64,000 nt of DNA, taken from contig JAGORQ010000001.1 of the NCBI GenBank assembly GCA_018062705.1, forward strand, positions 21,624 through 85,623. Reading direction: 5' to 3'. Positions 38,352 through 46,501 of this stretch are shown here, one piece after another; position 1 is the first letter of the stretch, and each line of letters opens with the position of its first letter. The notes under the pieces were generated by a model. It saw only the letters and a list, made by a program, of their open reading frames with translations, had not been told where the DNA came from and made no database searches. Source of the stretch: Candidatus Shapirobacteria bacterium (GTDB lineage: Bacteria; Patescibacteriota; Microgenomatia; UBA12405). Made by a program: the position numbers and the translations under genes.

Positions 38352-39614
38352 ATGGTTATGAAAATATGGTGGATTTTGCTAATTTGTCTGGGAATTAGAC
38401 TTATAGGAATTAATCAATCGTTGTGGCTAGATGAGGCAATATCGGCCAATGTAGCCAAGAATTTTTCCTACCAAGAAATACTGACAAAATTTAGTCCGGG
38501 AGATTTTCACCCGCCAGGATATTATCTGATGTTGAAAACTTGGGGAAGTATTTTTGGTTATTCGGAAATTAGCTTAAGACTAACGTCGGTAATATTTAGT
38601 TTAATAACGATTTATGTGGTTTATTTACTGGGAGGATCGGCTGGTGCAATGCTGGTTGGATTTAATCCCCTGTTAGTGTATTACTCGCAAGAAGTGAGAA
38701 TGTACTCGATGGTGACCATGTGGCTAACTTTGGCGATCTATTTTTTGATAAAAGAAAAATATTGGCTAGTGGGACTATTTTTTGGATTGGCGTTTGGGAC
38801 GTTTTACGGGTCGGTATTTTTGATGGTGGCGGTGTTTATCTATTTAATTGTTAATAAAAAATATAAACCGGCAGGAATCGTAACAATAGTTCCATTGATA
38901 TTCTTGCTAATTATATGGCCATTGATGAGTCAACAACTTCAAAATTCAAAGGTGATGTTGGCCACAGTGTCGGGCTGGAGCCTTGTGCTAGGAAAAGTAA
39001 ATCTGAAAAATTTATTGTTGATTCCGATGAAATTTACGTCGGGGAGAATCAGCTTTTATCCAAAGATTATTTATTATGTTTTGGCGGGAGGATGGTCTAT
39101 ATTTGTGTTTTTTAAAGTGCTTAGTGCTAAGTTCAAAGTGCAAAGCAAAATCTATAGTTTTTTGTTTTGGACTACGTTGGCAATCGGGGTGGTGTTTTCG
39201 ATATTTACCCCTATGTTTGAGTATTTTAGATTTTTGTACTTGATACCAATTATGGCGCTAGCAATAGGGAAAAATAAACTGATAGCCGGAGGGTTTTTGG
39301 CGTGGAGTTTGGTGTATGTACTAAACCCGAGTTTTTATCGAGAAGATTGGAAGAGTGTGGTGGCAGAGTTATCGAAAGACCAACCAGTTTACATGATCAA
39401 ATCATTTGAAGATCCGGTGAGTTATTACAATCTAGATTTAAGATATAAGACGTATGATTTAAGAATAGAACCGAAAGAAAATAGAATAACGGTAATACCC
39501 TATGGTGAGGAGATACATGGAGTGAACCATGTTAAATTGATGGAAAAACAGGGTTATAAAATGGTTGACCAAAAAAATTATCGAGGATTGGTGAGTGAAT
39601 CTTGGAGTCGGTGA
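38352..39614 (+). CDS. GT-C fold glycosyltransferase (GT39/GT83, PMT/ArnT-like) membrane protein
   Basis: DE motif in the first periplasmic loop (LWLDEAISANV) and about 11 TM helices. A family D repeat lies in-frame near the C-terminus. Confidence 0.6.
   Translation: MVMKIWWILLICLGIRLIGINQSLWLDEAISANVAKNFSYQEILTKFSPGDFHPPGYYLMLKTWGSIFGYSEISLRLTSVIFSLITIYVVYLLGGSAGAMLVGFNPLLVYYSQEVRMYSMVTMWLTLAIYFLIKEKYWLVGLFFGLAFGTFYGSVFLMVAVFIYLIVNKKYKPAGIVTIVPLIFLLIIWPLMSQQLQNSKVMLATVSGWSLVLGKVNLKNLLLIPMKFTSGRISFYPKIIYYVLAGGWSIFVFFKVLSAKFKVQSKIYSFLFWTTLAIGVVFSIFTPMFEYFRFLYLIPIMALAIGKNKLIAGGFLAWSLVYVLNPSFYREDWKSVVAELSKDQPVYMIKSFEDPVSYYNLDLRYKTYDLRIEPKENRITVIPYGEEIHGVNHVKLMEKQGYKMVDQKNYRGLVSESWSR
39432..39472. 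repeat. Family D element in-frame inside the GT39 gene (encodes LDLRYKTYDLRIEP)
   Basis: tagatttaagatataagacgtatgatttaagaatagaacc. Confidence 0.55.
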
Positions 39615-40369
39615 ATTATTGGCAGGGTAGCTTGGTAACCAAAGTTGATCATTTCTTCAATAGACTTTTCTGACTTAACTTGGGTAATTAGATTTTCTGG
39701 CTCGACGATAAAATCAGCATCTTCTAAATTTAATTTAGTTAGCTGATAAACGGAACAGTAAAATGCTTTAATGAGATCGTTGAGCTTACCTAGATTTTCG
39801 AGGTTGTTCATCGGAAAAACGTGACTAAGCAAATTAACCGCCAAGACAATATCACCATGTTCACGCGCAACTGATACAGGTACTGGTGAGGTAATTCCGC
39901 CATCTAATAAGGTGTGGTGGTGATGTTTAACTGATGGCATGATTAACGGGACAGCTACTGAGGCGGAAACTGCTTTGAACAAATTGCCTTCATTTAGAAC
40001 ACAGGGTTCTCCTAAATCAATATTGGTAGCTACGGCAGTAAAGGGAATTTTTAAATTAGCAAAAGTGATATCACCTAACTTTTGCCGGAAGTCGTTTAGT
40101 TTTCGACGATATTCAAGAAAAAATATATATTTTTTTCCGGCTACTTGAAACTTCGTTTGACGATAAAAATTTTCGACGTCATTTATATCGCCATTTATAC
40201 AATAAAGCGAACCAACCAAGGCTCCGGTAGAACAGCCGACAATATGGTCAATTTTAATATTGTTGTCAAGAAGACATTTAATGACTCCAATATGGGCGGC
40301 ACCACGAATACCACCGACACCGAGGGCTAGAGCTAACTTTGGTTTTTTTGGCAATTGATATATTGACAT
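39578..40369 (-). CDS. Patatin-like phospholipase
   Basis: GxGxxG oxyanion motif (GVGGIRGAAHIG) and the GCSTG lipase serine motif. Confidence 0.8.
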   Translation of the reverse strand: MSIYQLPKKPKLALALGVGGIRGAAHIGVIKCLLDNNIKIDHIVGCSTGALVGSLYCINGDINDVENFYRQTKFQVAGKKYIFFLEYRRKLNDFRQKLGDITFANLKIPFTAVATNIDLGEPCVLNEGNLFKAVSASVAVPLIMPSVKHHHHTLLDGGITSPVPVSVAREHGDIVLAVNLLSHVFPMNNLENLGKLNDLIKAFYCSVYQLTKLNLEDADFIVEPENLITQVKSEKSIEEMINFGYQATLPIIHRLQDSLTNPR

Positions 40370-40452
40370 GCTGGCAGTTAATATTTATACTGCTAATTGT
40401 CTTCGATATTATAAAGAAGACAAAACATTATATATTATTTTTAGGAGGATAT

Positions 40453-40866
40453 ATGAGATATCTACCTTTTAAGCCGTTACTAGATTACCGCCCATTTTTT
40501 TGGGATGAAGATGACTGGCAAGAAACAGCCGGAGCATCAGGAATTAATGTTTATATTGATGAAAAAGAAACTGAAGTAACCGTGGAAGCGCCAGTAGCAG
40601 GACTGGAACCAAAGGATGTAAAGGTGACATACCATGACGGGATGTTGCATATTTTCGGATCAAATAGTCAAAAAGATGAAGATAAGAAAAAGGGTCAGGT
40701 AGTGAAAAAGTGGCAAATGGCCACTAGTTTTGACTATGTAACTTCCCTACCCCGACCAATCGATGCCAAATCTGTCGACGCCAAGGTAAAAAACGGTGTA
40801 ATTACCATCAAAGCAAAAGTAGCCGAAGAGTCGAAACCAAAAGAAATTGAGGTTAAGGTTGGTTAA
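40453..40866 (+). CDS. Hsp20/alpha-crystallin small heat-shock protein
   Basis: ACD motifs (VTYHDGMLHIFG...NGVITIKA). An AGGAGG RBS lies upstream of this internal ATG. The track start at 40339 is a hydrophobic upstream extension. Confidence 0.8.
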   Translation: MRYLPFKPLLDYRPFFWDEDDWQETAGASGINVYIDEKETEVTVEAPVAGLEPKDVKVTYHDGMLHIFGSNSQKDEDKKKGQVVKKWQMATSFDYVTSLPRPIDAKSVDAKVKNGVITIKAKVAEESKPKEIEVKVG

Positions 40867-41557
40867 ACATTAAAGACTTCACTTCACCCGGGGATAGTGG
40901 TCGCCACTCCCCGGGTTTTAGTTGGCCTAGACTGATGCGACCGATGGAAATGCGACAGAGATCAATTACAAATAAATTGAGCGAGGCGCAAAGCAGACGG
41001 ATCTGGCGTTTTTTTCCTTGATATAGGGTGATTTTCATTTGAGTGTTGTCAAAGTTGCCAACCGTAGCCTCAACATCAGCCGGAACGCGACGAATTGTTT
41101 GGAGTTTTTCAGCAGTGACTTTGCCCCGAATTGTCACTAAATACGTTTTGGGTAAATGAAATCGAGGGTGGGTTAGCCGAAGGGTCAACTCACCATCGTT
41201 GGTTAAAATTATTAGACCAGATGATTCAAAATCGAGGCGACCAACCGGAAAAACCCGAGGGTTGAGAGGAACATAGTCGAGAACAGTTTTGCGTCCACGA
41301 TCATCACTGGTGCTACTGAGGACGAATTTTGGCTTGTTGAGCAGATAATAGACTAGGGTTGGTCCGCCAGCTGGCGGATGGGGTGGGATTATTTTTTTGT
41401 CGACAATAACTGTATCGACATCAGGGTCAACCTTATCCCCAAGTATGGCTATTTGACCATTAATTTGAATCCGGTGGCTAATGGTAAATTGATCGATTTG
41501 GCGACGGGAGGCGACTCCAAGGGAGGCGAGGTATTTATTTAGTCTGATTAATGGCAT
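40853..41557 (-). CDS. Pseudouridine synthase, RsuA/RluB family, with an S4 domain
   Basis: S4 N-terminus (LNKYLASLGVASRRQ) and the catalytic region (PVGRLDFESSGLIILTNDG). Confidence 0.8.
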   Translation of the reverse strand: MPLIRLNKYLASLGVASRRQIDQFTISHRIQINGQIAILGDKVDPDVDTVIVDKKIIPPHPPAGGPTLVYYLLNKPKFVLSSTSDDRGRKTVLDYVPLNPRVFPVGRLDFESSGLIILTNDGELTLRLTHPRFHLPKTYLVTIRGKVTAEKLQTIRRVPADVEATVGNFDNTQMKITLYQGKKRQIRLLCASLNLFVIDLCRISIGRISLGQLKPGEWRPLSPGEVKSLMFNQP

Positions 41558-41564
41558 GTGTTTT

Positions 41565-41598
41565 TAATTACTAATTACTAATTACTAATTACTAATTT
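41565..41598. repeat. (TTACTAAT)n microsatellite in the divergent promoter region between the rluB-like gene and the nuclease gene
   Basis: taattactaattactaattactaattactaattt. Confidence 0.4.
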
Positions 41599-41604
41599 GA
41601 AGAA

Positions 41605-42495
41605 ATGAGATATGATAGTTTTATGGCTAAAGACAAGTATAGCGCAATCTGGGTGAGTCATTCTTCGATAGGGAGTTTTTTGGAATGTCCGAGAGGTTAT
41701 TATTTGCGAAACATTTATAAAGATCCAAAATCGGGACATAAAATAAAAATTGTTAGCCCACCTTTGGCGTTGGGAACAGCGGTGCACGAGGTAATTGAGA
41801 GCTTGTCGAATATTCGGACCGACGAGCGATTTAAAGAATCGCTTTTGGAAAAATACGAGAGGGCCTGGAAAAAAGTGTCGGGTAAGCTAGGGGGATTTTT
41901 TGATGCCGACACTGAATATAAATATAAAATGCGGGGTCAGGAAATGATTGAGCGGGTGATGAAGCACCCTGGACCAGTGGCTGAAAAAGCAGTCAAGATT
42001 AATATGGAACTCCCCTATTATTGGCTGTCGGAAGAAGACAATATTATCTTGTGTGGCAAAATTGACTGGCTAAAATATATTGAAAAAACTGATTCAGTGG
42101 AAATAGTTGATTTTAAAACTAGCAAGAATGAAGAGGGTGAGGATAGTCTTCAATTACCAATCTACAATCTTCTTGTACATAACTGTCAGAAGAGAAAGGT
42201 GGATGGGGCGTGGTATTGGTACTTGGGTATGAGCGATGAATTGGTGAAAAAAGAATTACCAGATATTGTGGAAGCCGAAAAAAAGATATTAAAAATTGCT
42301 AAGCAAATGAAATTGGCCAGACAGCTGGAAAGGTTTGTCTGTCCATCTGGCACTGAGGGTTGCCGAGCCTGCCGACCTTATGAAATGGTGCTAAATGGTA
42401 GCGCAGAATTTGTGGGCAACGACGAATATCGAGCGGATGTGTATGTGATCAATAAACCTACGATGACTGAGGTAGAGGATGCGAGGGTACTTTAG
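41605..42495 (+). CDS. PD-(D/E)XK nuclease with a Cas4/RecB-like 4-Cys cluster
   Basis: One N-terminal Cys (FLECPRGYY), a D...E-V-D-F-K core (EIVDFKTSK), and three C-terminal Cys (CPSGTEGCRACRPY). No CRISPR array or cas genes are nearby. Confidence 0.55.
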   Translation: MRYDSFMAKDKYSAIWVSHSSIGSFLECPRGYYLRNIYKDPKSGHKIKIVSPPLALGTAVHEVIESLSNIRTDERFKESLLEKYERAWKKVSGKLGGFFDADTEYKYKMRGQEMIERVMKHPGPVAEKAVKINMELPYYWLSEEDNIILCGKIDWLKYIEKTDSVEIVDFKTSKNEEGEDSLQLPIYNLLVHNCQKRKVDGAWYWYLGMSDELVKKELPDIVEAEKKILKIAKQMKLARQLERFVCPSGTEGCRACRPYEMVLNGSAEFVGNDEYRADVYVINKPTMTEVEDARVL

Positions 42496-42513
42496 GTTTT
42501 GTATAATACCCAA

Positions 42514-42900
42514 ATGGCGAAGATTTTTGTAATACACCCAGAATGTATTAATATAGATTTAAGACTCAATTTACATTTACAATACAGACCACACCAGCTT
42601 GATGTTTTATCTCAAATTAAAACCATAACAAAAAATGCAAGGAACCTAGTTGTGATAGATGATTATGATTTAGAAAATACCCCAAAAGATGGTGATGTAT
42701 ATTTATTGGAAGAAGGTCCAACTCGACTGGTAGCAGGCTGTATAGTCAGAAAAGATGAGGCAATATTCATTGGTGCTTACACTGAAAAATGTGTTTCAGA
42801 AGCTGCCAATGTCGCAAGACGTGCTGGTGCAATCGTAACTATTAATAGAAAGCTAACTGTGCCACTAGATCCTAGATTATATTCTGAAATATTAAAATAG
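42514..42900 (+). CDS. Small isochorismatase-family-like (cysteine hydrolase-like) protein
   Basis: IGAYTEKCVSEAANVARRAGAIVTI resembles the isochorismatase catalytic-Cys block, but the protein is short (~128 aa). Confidence 0.3.
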   Translation: MAKIFVIHPECINIDLRLNLHLQYRPHQLDVLSQIKTITKNARNLVVIDDYDLENTPKDGDVYLLEEGPTRLVAGCIVRKDEAIFIGAYTEKCVSEAANVARRAGAIVTINRKLTVPLDPRLYSEILK

Positions 42901-43494
42901 TCCTAGTTGTGGTGCTTCAACTTTTTTGGGATAGGAAAAGTCGACCGGAAAGGTGCGGATAGTGTTCCATTTGTCCATGAATTTTAGTTGCTTGTTTTTG
43001 AGGCCAAAATCGTAGACTTCCTTGGTAACCTGGACATCAGCTTCGCAATATTTTTTTAATTTGGCAAGCGATTCGGCCGAGTGCTCCGCCCAATACTTAA
43101 CAGCGTTGAGACCATGATCGATTTTGGTGTGGCCGAGGGTTTCGGCGGCCAAATTCCCCAGACCAATTCTAAAACCGAGTGATAATTTAATCGGATCCAT
43201 TAGGTCAAAATGATTTAATTTTTTAAAATCATAAGGAGCTAGCGGAGCCATGGCCGGCACATCAAAATGAAGAGAATTGAAACCAATTATCCGATCGACA
43301 TTGGTAAATATTGGCCACATTTTGGGAAAATCTTCTTCCCAAAAACTCATCATTTGTCCATCGATTTCATTTAGATTATCGTCGAGAGTGCGTTTGAAAA
43401 CAGAGATAATGGAGATACCCAAATCGGCCGGATCGCCAGTGGCGATATCGTCAAATATTTTTTTGGTTTCGATGTCAAAAAAAACTTCAATCAT
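42892..43494 (-). CDS. DEDDh-type 3'-5' exonuclease (DnaQ-like fold)
   Basis: FDIET (Exo I), HFDVP (Exo II), and H...D in the C-terminal block. Confidence 0.5.
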   Translation of the reverse strand: MIEVFFDIETKKIFDDIATGDPADLGISIISVFKRTLDDNLNEIDGQMMSFWEEDFPKMWPIFTNVDRIIGFNSLHFDVPAMAPLAPYDFKKLNHFDLMDPIKLSLGFRIGLGNLAAETLGHTKIDHGLNAVKYWAEHSAESLAKLKKYCEADVQVTKEVYDFGLKNKQLKFMDKWNTIRTFPVDFSYPKKVEAPQLGLF

Positions 43495-43496
43495 AA

Positions 43497-43549
43497 ATCC
43501 CTCTGTCCTGCGGTCGCCGGACCTCTCCCTTTGAAGAAAGGGAGAAATA
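43497..43549. repeat. Family E two-hairpin element immediately 5' of the exonuclease ATG
   Basis: aatccctctgtc-[ctgcggtcgccggac]-ctctccctttgaagaaagggagaaataac. Confidence 0.55.
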
Positions 43550-43575
43550 ACTAAATACGTAGAGAGAAGATTATA

Positions 43576-44139
43576 TTAGAAACCGAGATCTTGTTCAACA
43601 AAGAGGATATGAGTGCGGGAGGCAACAGGTTCTTTATTGAGAATTAAAAGCTTATTAACACCACTGTGAACACCATAAGCTTTCAAGGCCCTAGCATCTT
43701 CAAGAGGTAGTACAACATCATAAATTCTCTTGAGAGCTGCGGTCAAGTCACCACTAATTTTTTTGGTGCTGACTACAAAAATAACTTTTTTGGCGCCAAA
43801 AACATACGCCGGAAGTTGGCTACCAGTAGCTGAGGCAATGACTAATTCGCCAGTTTCAGTGACCGCATGAACACTACCAATAGCAATATCTGGCAGGGAG
43901 GCTAAGTGGCGGGCTTCAGCATCGCCGGCATAAAACTTGGGTTTGATGGCATCATATTTGCCCGACTCATTAATTTCTTGGGAAATTCCTAACTGGTCGA
44001 GAGTGGTGGAAGACATGGTCATAACTTGACTACCTTCGGGAATTAACTCATGAATTTTTTTGATGACATCATCACTACTAACACTAACCGACACCTCAAA
44101 ACCATTATTTTTGAGATTTGAAATTAAATCTTGATTCAT
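43576..44139 (-). CDS. LUD-domain protein (YkgG/LutC family, DUF162)
   Basis: Pattern of conserved Gly-rich segments (IAIGSVHAVTETGELVIASATGS). Confidence 0.5.
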   Translation of the reverse strand: MNQDLISNLKNNGFEVSVSVSSDDVIKKIHELIPEGSQVMTMSSTTLDQLGISQEINESGKYDAIKPKFYAGDAEARHLASLPDIAIGSVHAVTETGELVIASATGSQLPAYVFGAKKVIFVVSTKKISGDLTAALKRIYDVVLPLEDARALKAYGVHSGVNKLLILNKEPVASRTHILFVEQDLGF

Positions 44140-44191
44140 TTTTTATAATAAATTTTAACTACTACAACTGTAGTATTAGTTAAGACAAATG

Positions 44192-45415
44192 TCAAGAGAT
44201 GTTGCCGAAGCCAATAGCGTCATGAACAGCTTCGCCCAGGCCCAGCATTTTGGCTGGAGTGAGAACGAAACTACCGTATTTTTGGGTAACTTTATCAATG
44301 GCTAAATTTAGATTGATATGTTTTTTGATGTCACCAAATAGATCGAGTTGGAGGCTATTGTTTTGCGATAAATTGAAAAAAGTGACGGCTAAATTGGCCA
44401 CCGGAGAATGGTAAGGGGAGGATGACATAATTTTGTAAGCTCGACGATAGAGGTGGTAATCATCGGAAACTGGTTCGGGGTAAATAGCGCCGTGATGCCA
44501 AAACTGACGGTCGCGATAGAGTAGTGAAATATGGACACCACTGGCGGTATAACCATGACTTCTGAGGCGAAGACCGGCTTTGACAACTAGTTTGTGGAGA
44601 ATGGGTGAGAGTTCCTCGGGGGTACTAAGTGGTTTGGGGAGTGAATACATATGACCAAAACTTTTGCGGGCAAAATCAACATTATCAATTTCTAGGCCTC
44701 GAAGACGAAGATACCAATAATAGCCGTTAATGGAGTTAAAGGCATGATGGAGAATGTGGATTGGGGCATTATAAAAATCCATAACTGAAAAAATACCTGA
44801 GTGGTGAAGGTGGGTGGCGTTAGCTCGGGCAATACCAGTCAGATCGGTGAGTTCAAGTTTTTGATAAATTTCTAAATAGTTTTTGGAATTTATTTCATCT
44901 AGACCATCGGGCTTGTGAAGATTACTAGCAGTTTTGGCCAAAAAACGGTTTGGACCAATACCAACCGAGACAGTTAGCCAATCCCCGATTTCACTTTTTA
45001 TTTTTGACTTTATTTCTCGACCTATAAGGTGCAGGCCAATTTTGAGGCCGGGAAAATTTTGAAAATTAAGAGAAAATTCATCAATAGATTTGGCGGTATA
45101 GTCGGCAGTATAGTAGCTTAATAATTTGTGGAGTTTATGGTGGACAAAACGATATTTGTCGGGATCGGAAGTGAGAACAATTAAGTTGGGACAAAGCTTT
45201 TTGGCCTCAAAGATGCGAAAACCGGTTTTGATGCCGAGGGCTTTGGCCTCGACTGAAGGAGCAAGAATGCAACCGCGAGGACTGTCGTAGGCGGCCACAG
45301 CGATCGGCCGACCACGGAGGAGTGGATTAGCCTGTTGCTCGATCCGAGCAAAACAGGAATTTAAATCGACGTGCATAAAAGTCGATTGACATTGATTAAA
45401 ATCGAGATTAATCAT
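44192..45415 (-). CDS. dinB: DNA polymerase IV (Y-family)
   Basis: MHVDLNSCFARIEQ N-terminus and the ImpB/UmuC core motifs. Confidence 0.9.
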   Translation of the reverse strand: MINLDFNQCQSTFMHVDLNSCFARIEQQANPLLRGRPIAVAAYDSPRGCILAPSVEAKALGIKTGFRIFEAKKLCPNLIVLTSDPDKYRFVHHKLHKLLSYYTADYTAKSIDEFSLNFQNFPGLKIGLHLIGREIKSKIKSEIGDWLTVSVGIGPNRFLAKTASNLHKPDGLDEINSKNYLEIYQKLELTDLTGIARANATHLHHSGIFSVMDFYNAPIHILHHAFNSINGYYWYLRLRGLEIDNVDFARKSFGHMYSLPKPLSTPEELSPILHKLVVKAGLRLRSHGYTASGVHISLLYRDRQFWHHGAIYPEPVSDDYHLYRRAYKIMSSSPYHSPVANLAVTFFNLSQNNSLQLDLFGDIKKHINLNLAIDKVTQKYGSFVLTPAKMLGLGEAVHDAIGFGNIS

Positions 45416-45653
45416 TGGAGACTTCTTGGAGTTCCCAAAATAAATTGTCAGTGTTGAGACTTAACCGAAAAAAAGTCTGATTGGCAGTGACAGAGAAAAT
45501 GTGGAACAGAGTCTGCCCGCGACGGATAGTATGGTGGAGACCGATTTGAGAAACGGTGTAATCTACTCCACGCCAAAAAAATTTACGCGGACCAACCCGA
45601 TTGGTGGCGGAGTCGAAACTAGAGATGACAGAGATGGGAATTTTTAACTGCAT
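45408..45653 (-). CDS. Small hypothetical protein overlapping the dinB start by 8 nt
   Basis: 81-aa ORF translationally coupled to dinB. Confidence 0.35.
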   Translation of the reverse strand: MQLKIPISVISSFDSATNRVGPRKFFWRGVDYTVSQIGLHHTIRRGQTLFHIFSVTANQTFFRLSLNTDNLFWELQEVSND

Positions 45654-45698
45654 GATTTAAGAAGTAAGATTTAAGATGTATGAATAAAACAAAAAAAC
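45654..45698. repeat. Family D element abutting the start codon of the minus-strand small gene
   Basis: gatttaagaagtaagatttaagatgtatgaataaaacaaaaaaac. Confidence 0.55.
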
Positions 45699-45705
45699 AT
45701 AGGTC

Positions 45706-45735
45706 ATTCCCGCGGAGGCGGGAATCTAATTTTTT
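45706..45735 (+). terminator. 8-bp GC hairpin (ATTCCCGC GGAG GCGGGAAT) plus T-run; terminator-like with no obvious upstream + gene
   Basis: A similar hairpin attcccgccttcgcgggaat occurs at 7389..7408. Confidence 0.3.
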
Positions 45736-45737
45736 AA

Positions 45738-45805
45738 ATCTCCCTCGGCTGCGCCGCATCCCTCATCTCTGCTGAGACATCTTCGACTTTGATGAAAGAG
45801 GGACT
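45738..45805. repeat. Divergent family E-like element
   Basis: aaatctccctcggctgcgccgcatccctcatctctgctgagacatcttcgactttgatgaaagagggact. Confidence 0.3.
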
Positions 45806-46024
45806 ATAAGGTAAATTTATACTATACCGAAGAAAAGCCGAAGTCAAGAGATATTAGATTTCAAAAACTTTGAAAATATACAATAAGTACGAAACATATG
45901 AGGATAAGTAATACTATCTTAGTTGCACAAACTAAAAAAGAGGTATAATACCTGCTGTAGAGAAGTTTCTGTCAAGCAAAGTTAGTTGAAAAGAGGTCGC
46001 TACAGATTATTAATTTTTACTAAA

Positions 46025-46372
46025 ATGGTAAAAAAATTGTATGTCGGCGGCTTGTCATTTTCGACAACTGATGACACTTTGAGAGCGGCATTCGCTCAAG
46101 CTGGAACCGTCGTTTCAGCAGTAGTTATTAAAGATAAATTCTCCGGTCAATCAAAAGGCTTTGGATTTGTGGAAATGGATTCGGAAGAGTCCGCACAAGC
46201 AGCTATTGATATGTGGAATGAGAAAGAATTGGATGGTCGCACCGTTAAGGTGAACGAGGCTCGTCCAATGGAAGAGAGACCCCCACGACGTGATAATTAC
46301 TCTCGTGGTCCTAGCCGACAAGGTTTCGGTGGTGGTTCACAAGGTGGTTACGGTGGTGGTTCAAGATACTAA
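46025..46372 (+). CDS. RRM-domain RNA-binding protein with a Gly-rich C-terminal tail
   Basis: RNP-2 (LYVGGL) and RNP-1 (KGFGFVEM). The promoter TATAAT at ~45936 predicts a ~85-nt 5' UTR that contains an inverted repeat. Confidence 0.8.
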   Translation: MVKKLYVGGLSFSTTDDTLRAAFAQAGTVVSAVVIKDKFSGQSKGFGFVEMDSEESAQAAIDMWNEKELDGRTVKVNEARPMEERPPRRDNYSRGPSRQGFGGGSQGGYGGGSRY

Positions 46373-46421
46373 AATCCCTCTGTCAGCGTTGCTGACATCT
46401 CCCTTTGAAGAAAGGGAGAAC
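46373..46421. repeat. Family E two-hairpin element immediately 3' of the RRM gene stop
   Basis: aatccctctgtc-[agcgttgctgacat]-ctccctttgaagaaagggagaacc. Confidence 0.55.
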
Positions 46422-46423
46422 CT

Positions 46424-46452
46424 AAAAAAACCCGTCGCAAGACGGGTTTTTT
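46424..46452. terminator. Rho-independent terminator, bidirectional (A-run, CCCGTC GCAA GACGGG, T-run)
   Basis: aaaaaaacccgtcgcaagacgggtttttt. Confidence 0.7.
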
Positions 46453-46475
46453 GATGGATTTTAAAATGTACCCAA

Positions 46476-46501
46476 AGAGACGCATTGCAATGCGTCTCTA
46501 C
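46476..46501. repeat. Family B palindrome (AGAGACGCATTGCAATGCGTCTCTAC) overlapping the RAYT2 stop codon
   Basis: Perfect palindrome. The minus-strand TAG of RAYT2 lies inside it. Confidence 0.6.
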
